This document shows, piece after piece, positions 37,719 to 51,051 of a DNA stretch of 64,000 nt; the first letter of the stretch is position 1; every line of letters starts with the position of its first letter. A program made the translations under genes and the position numbers. Origin of the DNA: Takakia lepidozioides. Lineage: Eukaryota; Plantae; Bryophyta. The notes beneath the pieces were generated by a model, which ran no database searches, was not told the DNA's origin, and was given only the letters and a program-made list of their open reading frames with translations. The stretch covers positions 4,278,001 to 4,342,000 of the forward strand of contig CM060733.1 in NCBI GenBank assembly GCA_030704615.1, in the 5' to 3' direction.

Positions 37719-40393
37719 ATGTCAAGGTATGGAAAAATGCGAGCTTCCTTTGACTCAGATGGGAGTCTGGGACCTTCCCCTCCAATGTCACCTCCCCGCC
37801 ATGGGCATCCTGTCTACTTCGTTCAAAGCCCGTCCAGAGATTCAACGCACGACATGGACTCTTTGAGCCAAAGTTTTTCCCGGGCGACCCCGCGGGAAAG
37901 CCCGTTAGCATCTCCCATGCACAAGCATTTTAAACATAGTTCGGACTCTGCATCCTTCAACATGACAGCAACCCCCAAGCCCGGATCACGGCGAGTACTT
38001 CCCCAGCCAAGCTACGGCGGTGTGGCAGCATACCCAAACCAGAAAAAGGGTTACCGCCCCTGGGCTCCGGGAACTATTTTGGAGGAGGAGGAAGGCATTG
38101 AGGGAGACAAGAAGAAAGTTCTGTCACGTTGCTGTATCGTCTGGCTGGCAGTGCTGTTCAGTTTGGTGTTGTTCTTCTTTGGGGCTTTGATTTTCTGGCT
38201 TGTAACAATGCCCCATTCTCCCCACGTTGCTATTCAGGTACTTCCACACTCGTTGTTGGGTTGTCTTTATAAGGTCTTTGTCAGGAAGCCAGCTTCTTGG
38301 CGGGTGGATGAAAATGAGTGTTTCGGGATTTAGGAGTCTCATACTTACCCGAGCAGTACAGGCGTCGGTCGAAGACAGTGTGTGGGGCCAGAACGCTTTA
38401 GTTTGGCATGATGGCTTAAACCGGTTGGAGTTTATCCTTTCAGGCAAGATTTTATGGAAAGAAGCTTTCATAATACGTGTTCAAAGGCTCTGTATGATTG
38501 ACAGACCGTGGTTAATGCCCAAATGTAAACCTCTGTAGGAAGCTTAAATCATAGCTGTTCCTGGTTGAGGGCCATTGTAGCTTTCCTGAGGAGTAGTCTT
38601 GTCTCCCCGATGAGGAAGCTGATGGAGACCAGGTATCTGGAAATATCGCAGTTTCAACTTAAACAGCGTGGGATATCTTACGATATCTTAATTATCGTTG
38701 TAGGAGAGTCCAGAAGGCACCATCCTGCGTCCATGACAATTTGGGCTTAAGTGGTTTCCACAGTTACCTACACCCCTCCAATACTACATATGGAATCTTG
38801 CCCATCATTCCATGATGAAGAATGTGGAAAGATCCCATCATCCCACATTTCCTCTTGATTATATTGTGTCCTTTTGAGTAAACTCAATAGCAAGGCTGTG
38901 AGGGCATGTGACAATTGAACGTCTAAATGAGTTTCCATCACTTCAAATATTTTTGATCCAGTAATTATGACTGCTTTTGTTTTTGAAGAAGCGCTCTTAT
39001 AAAATTGCTCCAGTGTACAAGAAGGCCAGTGTAGTCACTCAGCTCAGAGAAATGACATCACTTTTGGTTCTTGAGGTTAATTGATTTGAGAGACAGCAGG
39101 TGTGCTGGACTGTGAAGCTAAGGCCCACCACACCTTGGGTTTTTGTAAGTTCAGTTGTCTTGGGTCTTATTTTCGTTGAAGATGTTTTTCCTAGTCAGAG
39201 GCTTGGTTGCTTCCCCAAGGTTCTGTTACTTATTGGCTTGAAGCTCATTGACTGTCTTAGTGAGGTCTTAGTGCAGTAAGTCTCACAGACTATCAGGCGC
39301 CCTCATTCAGCAGCAACCATAGTATCAATCCTAGTGATACCTCTGTCCTGTTTTGTGCAATGTGGGCCTGGCATGCATCACGGAGAACAAAATCAACTCA
39401 TCTTTGTTACAAGCTTTTGCACAGTAGCTGTGCTCTGTGAACGTGAAGACTTGTCCTTCTCATCTTGTGTTCTGTGAGAAGATATGATTAGATGCCTTCA
39501 CTCCCAGCAAATTTTCTGGTCCTGAATGAGAAGACTGAATTTTCCTTTCTCTGCTCCATGAGCAGAGGTGGTCCTCCCAACCCGAAACAACAAAATTGAA
39601 GGTCAAATCAATGTAAGACAGTCTCATGAATTTGGGTGGGATGTGTGCAGAGCGTTACCTTCCAGTACTTCGACTTAGAGGATGGACAAGATAATTCTGG
39701 TGTGCCTACCTCTATTGTCACTCTGAATGCTACAGTCACTCTGGAGTTATTTAATCCATCTCATTTCTTTGGGTATCACGTAACTCCCTCGCCGGTCAAC
39801 TTTGCCTATCTGGACCTGACCATGGCTGGAGGCCAGGTATGAGTCGCCTCTTTAGTGTGGCATATCCGTCCTTGTTTTTCTTAGTATGCTGGTCTGGAGA
39901 ATTTTGTTGATTTGATGTGATTTTTGAGTTATTTCGAAAGAGGCTATGGCCTGTATGTTTGTCATCACCTGGGGCAGGCTTCTTCTAGTCATGGATTTCT
40001 TGGTCCTGTATGATATAGGTAGAACTAGTTCCCTCTTCCAGTTTATGCTGTGCAATCTCTGCAAGAGCTCCATAACAGAAATTTCCCCCTTTTTCCCTCT
40101 ATTTTTTGCAGGCTGGCCCTTTTTATCTGGAGAAAAGACGGCTGGAGAAGCTAGAAGTAAATATTGCTGCTGACAGGCAGTTTCTTCACGGGGCAGGCCC
40201 CAGTTTCAATCAAATATACCAGGCAGGTGGTGGGGTTCCACTTAAGTTATATGGATCTGTCAACTCACGGGCGCGTGTCATGTCAAAGATGATTAAAAGG
40301 AGGTTTAGCAGTGGTTTTGACTGTATGTTCTTATTTGATACAAATGGTGCAGATCACTGGAAAGTGCAGCAATTAGCCTGTGTGTACCCATGA
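37719..40393 (+). CDS. Companion of Cellulose synthase (CC)-like / LEA_2 (NHL) single-pass membrane protein, 3 exons, 328 aa
   Basis: Exons 37719-38237, 39651-39836, 40112-40393. PVYFVQSPSRDSTHD motif, TM helix, GQDNSGVPT..LNATV..FNPSHFFGYHVT, GGGVPLKL..SRARVM. Confidence 0.9.
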
Positions 40394-42242
40394 GAGTTAC
40401 TAATAGTGAGGTAGGCCCCTATATAGCTGCTCCCCAGCAAATGGGGGGTGCCCTATGTGAGGCTGCACTTTTGCCACGACCAGACTACCGTTTATGGCCA
40501 GCTAACTTGCTTTTAGGTGAGCACGATGGAAGTTGGAAGTCCGTAGCTGGTAAAGCTGTCCCATCTATCCAGCATGTACTTATATTAGGCCTACTTGACG
40601 CACTGCGAGTGCAGTCAGATTTCAACCTCCTACTAGTGTAACTTTTTTGCCATGTTATGTGGCACCTTTCATTTGAATAAACCATGAGGAACTGTAGATA
40701 TTTGAACTGTAGATATGCCTTACACCTGTGGGTGAAAGTTTGTATTTCACAAATGTCTGAGAGTGTCTCTGTTGTGGAGCATGTGGAGTGTGTGATATGG
40801 CCATATGTAGTTTTGAATCCTTCTTAACTCAGTGGTATCCTGTAGTGTTGATCATTTTATTCTATGGATTATGTTAATGTGATAGATATTATTTTGAAGA
40901 GGTTATGTCATGGGGGATTCAGAGCTCGCCGGGCTTCAGAGCTTCTAGGATTATGGCGCTAATGACCCTAGGGCAATCAATTGACCTCAACACATGGCCT
41001 CAGTATGGTAAGAAATGTGTTTCTTGAACCCGAACTTCGATGAACTTTTATGGAGCTAGTGAAGATTGATAAAAAGTTATGTGTTGTATTCAGGTCCTTG
41101 GAAATTGTATACAAACAATCATTTTCTTTTAGTCTACTTTGGTGTCTTGATAAATGTAATGTGCAGCTCACAGCATGCCTTAGCCAATTCATATGATGAG
41201 TGAAAGTCTGGAACAGCTGCATTAAGCAAGTAACCACAACTAAAAGATGATCTATCTTCAATGTGTGATTGCAAAATAACTGCAACCTTTTCTTAAGATG
41301 ATTGTAATTTGCAGTTACAGGTCAGTATACTTCCTGTGGCAACTGCAATTGGTAGTGTCTTGTAAAGGAAATATAGGTGGGATAACTTGTCCTCAAATTT
41401 AAGACTCAATACATCTTACATAAAAGTCAATCCAAGTGTCACTGTTGCTTGTGCCTTTCCCATTTATGCATTTCCACTGACATTCCAGTGCCAGTAAACC
41501 TAATACTTGTAATGCAGAATGGCCAAATAATTACTACTTAACTGTCATCTTGAGATGAGTTCCAATCGAAATTACTAAACCACCAGAACCTAGAAGATGA
41601 AATTCCAAAGTTTTTCTAATGTGGGTCTCCAACTAAGACAAAATGCTGACACACTGGAGAAAGTGTCAGGAGCTTGTCTAGTGGAGCTCACCTTCCATAA
41701 AAATTGTGGGAATGGGAGGTAAGCAGGGGGAGGATAGTCAGACTAGGACAATCGATAAACATCAGTGGGAAGCACTACAGATCGTGTCTCAGGATTTCTG
41801 GGAATTTGAGATGAACCTAGCCAGGCATATAGTGCATGGCCCCGATATAGAAACTGCAAACAGCAGCACATGTTACTTCTCAGTTACACAACAGACAAAA
41901 GACATCATATCATTATTCAATCTACTATTCCACAAACTACTGAAAACCTGTCACATCAAGCCACAAAGTAGTGCACTAAATTAGTCCACTTCCAAACAGG
42001 ACAACTCAATCACAATCCCTAGTACCAATTTGACTCCAACGTCCTTACACATCACAGGACCCTGCTGAGGAGCACATGTAGACAGCTCCTTACCAAGCAA
42101 TTCATGTAGTTGTAGATCCAAACAAAACCAGACAGGGAAGGAGGGGAGCTCAAGTGAAAAGAAATTCATGTTTGTAGAAACTGACAGGCACTCACTAAAA
42201 GCATATTCCCAAGCTTTAGTAAGTTGAAGACATCACTAATAG

Positions 42243-44121
42243 TTAGGAGTTAATTACAGCATGGTTTTTGCCGAGTGTTGAACTTCTCTGGATAACAGCA
42301 ACCACGTCTGGAGAAATGGACCCATTCTGCACAGAACATCAACCCAGAGCACATGAGAGAGAGGGAGACAAAAAGAAAACATCCACATCAGTGACCATTT
42401 CTCCAGTATCCAGTGCTGTAGCTTTACAACAATTGTCCTTCAGTTGGTTGACAATCTCACTATGGAAGTGTCCAGCCAATGGTCTTCCATCTTCATGTCA
42501 AGAATACACTCAAGCTGAGCGAATGCCAGAGGGCAGTGCATAGCATGGATCCATATATTATTATAGTATAGATTATAGGACCATTGCAAATGACAATGGG
42601 TGAAGCAAAAGCAGATGAGAGGCACAGAGAAATGTTCTCATGAACCTGTAAGCTATGACACCTATCCTTGTGGGCACAGTCCCCATTCTGCAGGTTCTCA
42701 GCCCTGAGCTGGTAAGGGTTTTCAAGACGCATGGAATTGAAGCACAGCCAGAGATTAAAATAGCACTTTGCAAACAATCCCCTAATCAACTTGAGGGCTG
42801 GCCTTCACATGACAGATGGGACAGAAGTGGTTGTGATTACACCGCAAGTCCCACACTAATGCAAAAAGGTCAGAGAGGAGATAAAGAGAGACAAGCACGT
42901 ACAGGGCACAAGAGGGGCTCAAGAGTTATGCAGCAGATGGGGCCTAAATGTTGGGAGCCCTTTGTGGAAGATACTGGCAGGCCTGACATAGCTGATGGTA
43001 GCTCTTTTCCGCCTGCTAGGGCTGCCAACACTACTCTCCGTACCTGCAAGAGAAAGTTGAATAAACCACGGTTAACAACCTTACCCTCAAGACACTTTGC
43101 ATGAGTTCTCAACCTCTTCCAGCCATCAGACTCTGCAAGCAACCCTCACAGGCATACAGAATATCCAAGTCAAGTTACACTTCATACTCTCACAGCCGAC
43201 CATGACACCGTACAATTTCACCCAGAAAGCGGACTAATGGAATTACTGTATCAACCAACAAGGCTCTGCACCTTAAGAGAACAAATTAAAACTCACAAAG
43301 ACATTGGGGCCAGGCCAGACAACCCAGCACAATGTTAACTAGTGAGTCAATGCACAAAATAGTAATAGAACAAATGAACACATAGATCCTACTTTGCAGA
43401 ATAGCATGACAACAACCAAGGATCAAAGTGAAATCGGAGGCTGAAGTGTTCTACAATGTCGGGGTTGTTATCTATTTACAAACACTACAACTGGACGTAG
43501 AAGATTGGAAAGAGCAAGAAAACACAGTTCACAAAACTCTTCTTCACTTGTCCCTAATACCCAAGGAATAGACGGTTGAACGGCTAAATGCATCAAAATG
43601 GGGGGAGTGACTAAGCAGCAGCAGCTGCTGAGAGCCCTCCAAATACTTACCGTTGAAGGCATTGCTGCCACATAGACTTGCTCTACGCTGAAACGATGGA
43701 AAAGCAGCTGTGCCACCCTCATCTTCTCATGAGGAACCTGCCAAGAGAAGAGTAACAACAATCCCATAACGAACATGAGTCTTCAATTTTGGAAGCTACA
43801 CTGCATGGTCCATACAACCATGGACAGGGCATTGCCTGACCAAACTGGGTACAAAATAATCCAGCGATATAAGTGACCTTTGGAAAGAGCTAATAAGGTC
43901 AGGTTATGTTCACACTTAAGTTGGTCTGATTCTACATAATTCCTATGTGGGTGCTGGGACGTACCCAGGTTACATACGTCTTTAATGAAACAGTAGCACG
44001 AGGGGGTACCTACTTGCAACAAACTGGATCCTGCTGACTCCACGTCTGTATGGGAGGACTTCATGTTTGAGCCGTCTATTTTTTCACTACCACTGCAGAC
44101 CAGCCCTGCAATTATCTCCAT
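42243..44121 (-). CDS. putative spliced ORF of unknown function (178 aa)
   Basis: Six phase-0 GT-AG exons join without stops: 44121-44014, 43737-43651, 43043-42903, 42708-42646, 42514-42461, 42326-42243. Splice sites were chosen by eye; no family recognised with confidence. Confidence 0.4.
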
Positions 44122-44258
44122 CTGCACCCATGCAATCTCTTTCTTGTCAGTCCCAACTCCTAGATGCTGGATGAAAGCAGCAGTACAGTTGCGCTGCTAC
44201 TGATGTCCTCTGCCGCCCTTTCAAAATTACTTCTGCCAGTTTCTGATTTTAATAACTT

Positions 44259-47200
44259 CTACTGGTCTTTCAGAGAACCCTGAGCCTGATTGGCAGCTGG
44301 AGTGAAGGCAGTTTTAAAAACAGACCACCACCTTGTTTTAGCTGCAGTTGGTAAATGAGCTGGGGCCTATTTACAGCTGTGAAGTCTATACAAACACCGG
44401 TCTCACAAGGTTTATCATTTGCCACAAGGAGATGCCTAAGAGAAAGGTTAAGAGACAGAAAGAAAGAAACTTTATGATGTCAAAGCGAAGCTCAGACAAA
44501 GATGTACCAGATAACCAAACAACAGCCCTGTGTCCTGGTTTGGGCATGCTAGTGCAACAATCCCCCTGCAACCCAGGCCCTTACCCTGTTTCAGAAGACC
44601 CTCCACTTCTATATGAGATCTTCAAAAAACAAAACGTAAACTCGTACGTTTATGACATCCATTGAAAGCCAGAATCATAAGAAACAAAGAGAGAGAGTTC
44701 TTCAATGATTATGACAAACCCAGGAGGGCATTTGAGTGTTCATGAACTTGTATGCTAGAGAGCATATCTTCATTCCATTCCAATACTGCTGCTCTAACCA
44801 CACAGCAAAAAAAGTGATTACCGCATAGAAACACATAAACTCATAAACTGATGCTTCCTTGAACACGGAGTCCCTCATGCAGAAAGAGACTTTGATTTCT
44901 GTAACCTTGTGACCATAGACCCGAAGTATGGGAGAGAGAAAGAAAAAAACATATTATGGACAGATAAAATAACAGACCTCATAACACTAGGATCCAAGGT
45001 GCGTTGCCAAAGAAGTTGATCAAGCGCCCTTGACAGGATTGGCTGCACAATACAAGCACTTACGGTAAGCAAAATGACATCCGAGTTCACAGAAAACATT
45101 TCTAAACTGATTCATTGAATGTATTTGTGTGGATTCTGGGCTTCAGTTCCAAGTCAAACAGAGAGGTCCATTGTCTTACACACAGATGTAACTTCTCATG
45201 CATCCCATCTATTTAGTGGGCCATGCAGCTTCTGTAAGCAACCGATGCTAGCCCAACTCTGTTGTGTTTACACGCAAGGTGGATCCACAACTGTAGGTTT
45301 ATTTGTGCAACAAAGGCTTCAGAGAGAAGAAGGCTAAAAGCACAAATAGGTTTAGCCATGGCAATAGCCAGGACAGAAACGCTGAGAGTACGGCTAGTAC
45401 AGCCCATGTGCAAGACACACAGCTGCCGGGGGGCTGTGCAGAGCGCGCCAGCACACGGATGGGACAGAGGGAAGTCACAGATAAGTGTTTGTAAATATCA
45501 GTAGGCACCAGACATCAACGTTGCCACCCCTTTGCCAACTTCATGAGCTTATCATTTCACAGTGAAGAGAGTCAAAACATATAACCCAACAACATACAAA
45601 TACCCACATAATTGAAACGTTATCTAACAAACATCTATGCAAGAGTGGAAACAGACCTTGAGGCAGGCTTGTTGGCGACTGCTCAACTGTGGGTTCACTA
45701 TCACCTGAAAGTAAACACAAACTGTGAGGGCAAGCCAACATGCCCATGTAACTGATGGAGCAGGAGAAAGAAAAAAGAAAGAAAGCAGTGCTTGTCAAGT
45801 ATACTCATTCGTCTGCCCACGACAGAGTAGGCACTCACACATACTCTGGTTCTAAAGGCATGTGGAAATACACCCTAAGGAAAATTCAGAGAGCTCCAAA
45901 GAGGTCGGAGAAGGAAGGAAAGATAATCCTTAAGGAAACTCCATAATGTCCACGGGATTCTCAAAGACCTTATGGGAAAAAGGAAAGTAGAAAACAAGAA
46001 AAACGGTACCACCAGCACCAGAAAAGTACAATTCAATTCAAAAGATTCTCTAATGTGGAGAGCCTCAAGATATATGCCACAAGGCATCTCTGATCCGCAT
46101 AATGGAGCAGCTGTGTCAGGGATTGGCTGTCTCTGAAGAGGTAAAAGTGATGGCCCCGGATTACGCAGTCGAGAGGACCGGGAAAGAAAGAAACAAAACA
46201 TCAACATCCACAGGAAGCCCAAAGAGCCCTGTGGGACAGTAGAACGAACAGAGAGAGAGGAAGAGAGAGAGAGGCGCTTGGTCACATACACAGCTTACAA
46301 GAACAGTCTAAGGAAATGGTACGGAACACAAGAAGATAAGGGCGGGCAGGATTACTAACCATTAATTTGAGAAGCCTGTACACCGACCGCCACATTCCCA
46401 GAAATAATGATGTCAGTGACTTTGTCCATGTAGCCTAAAGATTCTAGAAAGATAATCTCTCATGTCCTCAGAGAGAAATTTGACTTCAGGATCGAGTGGC
46501 AGTTTCTAGAGAGGAGGGCTAAGTTTATCTTCTATTATCCATGTAAGGTACTTGTTTACTACGATCAAGTTTGAACTTTGAAGAGAAAGGATTTGACAGA
46601 AACAACCATCAAACAAAATAGTTCCCTAACCCTCAAAAAGATTGAAAAGTGTCAGAAACTCACTTGCGCACCACAAAATCAACACTCCACTGCCGTACCA
46701 TCTTATAAAGCCCACAATAGAAGTCTTCAACCTGCAATTTTCAAATAGAGACATTACTGAGAGGGCCCTATCTCTCCTTCATCTTCCTTCTTATCACCAG
46801 CTGAGTGTAACTGGTTGAGTGTGATGTTGATGCCATCACAACACATCAAGGTTATGGACCTCCTCAATACAGAAACACAATAAAAAGTACTCTGCCACTA
46901 GCCTTTCAAACCAACTACTGAAGCTTGGTAATGGCTGTTTCAGCAGTACCTACTGGCTATCCCCTGGAAGCTTGACTAACACCTGAATCTCTGTGCATCT
47001 CAGTGTGAAGCAGACACCTCTACATCTATGTTCAAGGTCCCAACCTCCATCTCTGAGCCAGGTTCAGTCCACTAGATCTGTGATTGTGGTCGACACTTCT
47101 ACCTTCTTAGGATACTCCGAAATACCTCACCAGCTCTCTTCAAACTGTAGTAGGAAATCTCTCCATCACAATAATCCTATCTTCTTCTCGTGTCACATCA

Positions 47201-48043
47201 CAACCACTTAAAACTGCTTGAGTATGTATGTCATACTTTTATAACTAGTACAAGATTGCTGTCAACTGGCCACAAGCACTTTCACACTTTGAAAATCCCC
47301 TGATCGGCTTGAAATTGTTCTTATACCACAGGAATTTACCTTAAGCATTTTTCTATTTAAAAAACAATTGTGTCCTTACATCAAGGATTTCACTTTTTTT
47401 CTACTACGCCTGGTCACATCATGCCAGTGGTGTCACCAAGAGGGGGACAATGTTCTTACTCCTTTAGAGAGGGTGGAGACCACATACTCGCCCAACCAGA
47501 AAAACGCCACTGTAGCAGGCATATCCCCCCCCCAACAACACAGACATCCACTCCTCTGTCAGAAATCACTAACTGATTTAGCACAAGATCTGTCATACAC
47601 CACTTTGGCAGCTCATAAATAACGAGGGTTGAATTGACCTTAGTCCTGGTCACGACCTCACAAAAGACATGTCATTGGCAGTTGTCAGAAAGAAATCCTC
47701 AGTAACTTCACAAACCATGGTTAGAATCTACTGACACTACTGAAAGGGTCTAGTGTGAGGGTCTAGTGTGAGGGTCTGAGGGGAGTTTCATACATCACAC
47801 TATTCATTCTTCTTTATGTAGCTTCTATGTACTCGAGCTTAGTTACAATCTACACAACAACTACTGAATAGCACTCCTTCCTTGACAATTGCCAGAGATG
47901 CCAGAGATTCTCAGAAGAGACCTCCACTCAAAAAAGTCACAGTTCTCTTTGGCAATAATCAAACCCTCCTATTTGGTTTATTTTTCAGTCTAATCGTAGA
48001 GAATCACCTCCAACTATGGATACTGTACCTGAGTCCCTGCCAT
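44259..48043 (-). CDS. putative upstream spliced small ORF of the same transcript
   Basis: Exons 45704-45657, 45042-44978, 44619-44585 and 44296-44259 are phase-compatible (VIVNPQLSSRQQACLKPILSRALDQLLWQRTLDPSVMRSHIEVEGLLKQAANQAQGSLKDQ*). The start exon is uncertain (MAGTQ at 48043-48029 is one option). Confidence 0.35.
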
Positions 48044-49839
48044 CCCCCCTCCTCAGATAGGAAAAGTGGAGAAGAGGCAGAATAAGGCGGGAAAGCCACA
48101 ACTCTCCTCATCTCATAACTGTAAGTCTCCCAAGAAACTTCACAGTTGACAAGCTGTATGGACATGAATGGCTGAATGTAGCATGATTGGTGGAAAAGTA
48201 AAAGAGAGACATCTGCATGAGAAGAGAACAAGAAGAAACAGCGGGAAGCCCAGAGGAATCCTTTGGGGAGGTTCATAGGGATGTCCATGGGAGGTCCGAG
48301 GCATAAAAGTAGACAGACACACTAGGACCAAAGAACTAAAGAACAACTCAAAACTCGTCGTTGGCACCAAGGACTCAACCGCTAGGCACTTGGCGTAGCA
48401 TAGCTAAGGCCTATGCCAGAAAGAGAGACACAGAGAGAGCCTTACCGTCAGAGGAAATCATGCCAACACGATCCAAATCCATGTCATCCAAATCCGAACG
48501 GAGATCACAAACAATAACCAACGAGCAGCAGTGGCAGCCGGAGCTTAACGCCAGTAATTAGTAAAGTAGTCTTCTCATTTAACCCCAGAGGAGTCTTTGC
48601 CCCCTTGGGAGATTTCTCCTTCGATCTTTCTGGATACAAAACAAGGTGAAATTCTCAATACTTGGCAGAATTAAACCGGTTCTTCAACTACCCTTTGTCT
48701 CAAGCCCCATACGATTATAGTGACGAGCAGCCCGATAGGATGTAATGCCGGAGTTGAGCTCCCCTGTAATAATTCTGCTCGTCTGACTTCCTGTGGTTGG
48801 GCTTCCAAAAATCTCTACAAACACTGAACTCCTTTTCGCATCAATTCATATGCACCGCCGCTGCTGGTAATATGTACTTGTTGGTTACAATGAAGCCGTT
48901 GCAGCTATCCTGCTTCCAGCCAACTCTCTAAACTAAGCTATGGCGACCCCCTGAGACGAATACAAAAAGCCAAATTTTAAATCTTCAGTCTGTTGGGCCA
49001 AATCTCTGAAACGTCCATCCCTGTCGCTTCGTACTGAATATTCCGCCTGGAATAAAGTTGCTCTCGAATGTTGGCATCGAATTGTAAATCCAACTATACG
49101 ACAATTGGGATTGGACAAAATCTGATGTGACGTATTCAGATGCCGAAACGTCGAACAAGAATCCCTGTCGAGATAGATATATTGAAAGAACCTTGGGGAT
49201 GCACCCAGTCTATTCGCCGAATTACACGAGAGATCTCTGCCACAAATACCAAGTGCGTACATGCCCTCCACATAGAATGAGAGCTCTTCAAAGCACAGTG
49301 CAAAATTGCTGTCAGCACGATCTTTCCGGCAGCGTCAAGCAACCGCTACATCCAGCTTCCCGAACTAGGGTAATGCTCGATTGACTGGGTGGCAAATAAT
49401 TGAGTATAAGACTGTGCTCTCAACCCTGATTCCCTGAACATCGTACACCAACGCAGACAAGTCACCTGTAAACTCTCTAATCCTTATCTCCCTCCCCAGA
49501 CTAGCCCAACCCGACACCACCGACACCCCCTTTCCTCAGCAGCAGATTGCCTTCCTTCCTTCCGATTCGCTTACTCTGTCTCCACCACGAATTGTATATA
49601 GCTTGCCTCACCTTCGCAATTCCTCGAGCTAATCAGAATCAGACCAAGGCCTCGTAATTTCATCACCGTGCGACGCCCACGTGCACGACCTCCAAAAACA
49701 CGCAGGCGCGCACTTTTTCTCGCAAAGTACAGAAATCTCAACACCACCGCTTCAAAGCTCCCCTAACTCTCGGAGCCTTGTGACTCACTCAACCATCTCT
49801 CCATCAAAACTGTGTTGACCAACTCCAGTGCTATTGACC

Positions 49840-49842
<3 letters not shown>

Positions 49843-49885
<43 letters not shown>

Positions 49886-49898
49886 CTCCCTCTCTCTC
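49843..49898. repeat. (TC)n/(GA)n microsatellite at the probable 5' end of the minus-strand transcript
   Basis: Direct reading. Confidence 0.95.
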
Positions 49899-50425
49899 GC
49901 GCAACTCCTTTCTCTTTTCTTCCAGATGCACGCAGACAGCAAAGTTATAGATAATAATCCCGTGAGGGGCCACACGCAAAGCAAAACGATACGAGAATGT
50001 GTGTCAGAGTCATCGCGCCAACCATCACTCCCATCGAAACTCTCTCTCCTTCTTTCTTTCTTTCTTTCTCTGTCTCGCAATTCATTGCATTTGTCTCTTG
50101 TCTCGCGCTCGCACATTGTCGCTGCTTCGCCGACACGCCAAAACCTGGCGACGTGGCAGCGCGCACGCGCCGTCCCATGTCCTCTGCACTGCAAATCACG
50201 CGACCTCAGGCGTCATGTCTCGCCCTAAGAGCGGATCACGTGGTACCCCCTCACATGACCCTCATGGGCGCGTTATTACTTTCCGTCCCATGTTTTGCAC
50301 GCTCCGCGACTGAAAATTATTATTTAAACCCCAATTAAATAATTGGTGGCCGGCACGAGAAACACACATGAGGTGACATGACCGCCAGAGATACATGGTA
50401 CATCAGATGGGGGACATGGCCGATA

Positions 50426-51051
50426 CGCCCTTCCAAAAATAAATAGTAAGTGGATAAGTGTAGCGTCCAATCTCGGGCTCGAATCTCGCTGCCCACAATT
50501 CCCGGCTTTGCATTGCCCCGTCTCCTTCTCTGCCAATCCCTGCCGGCGTGACGTGGTCGATGACTCATCGCCAGCCAAGTCATCGCAGTTATCCACTTTT
50601 CTGGCGACGGATTTAGTCGTACGTTCATCCACAACGACGTCGACGAGGGTTGCACCTGGATGATGGCCATTGACAGTACCGGAGGATCCAGGGCTTGAAA
50701 AACGTCCACGTGGCGAGTCCTCAACTTAGATGGGGTTAATGGCCAGTGCGCCCTTCCAAAAATAAATAGTAAGTGGATAAGTGTAGCGTCCAATCTCGGG
50801 CTCGAATCTCGCTGCCCACAATTCCCGACTTTGCAGTGCCCCGTCTGCTTCTCTGCCAATGGCTGCCGGCGATGACTCATAGCCAGCCAAGTCATCGCAG
50901 TTATCCACTTTTGCGACGGATTTAGTCGTACCGTGTTTATCCACAACGACGTCGACGAAGGTTACACGTGGATAATGGCCGTTGGCAGTACGGGAGGATC
51001 GAGGGCTTGAAAGACGACTGTGCACGTCCACGTGTCGAGACCTCAACTTAG
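50426..51051. repeat. tandem duplication of a ~300-bp CpG-rich unit (50426-50729, 50749-51051)
   Basis: Both units start cgcccttccaaaaataaatagtaagtggataag and end cctcaacttag. Confidence 0.9.

Noticed and set aside
45380-45445. miR529-like word agtacagccc in a short stem
   Set aside because: Only about 10 nt match and no proper pre-miRNA hairpin
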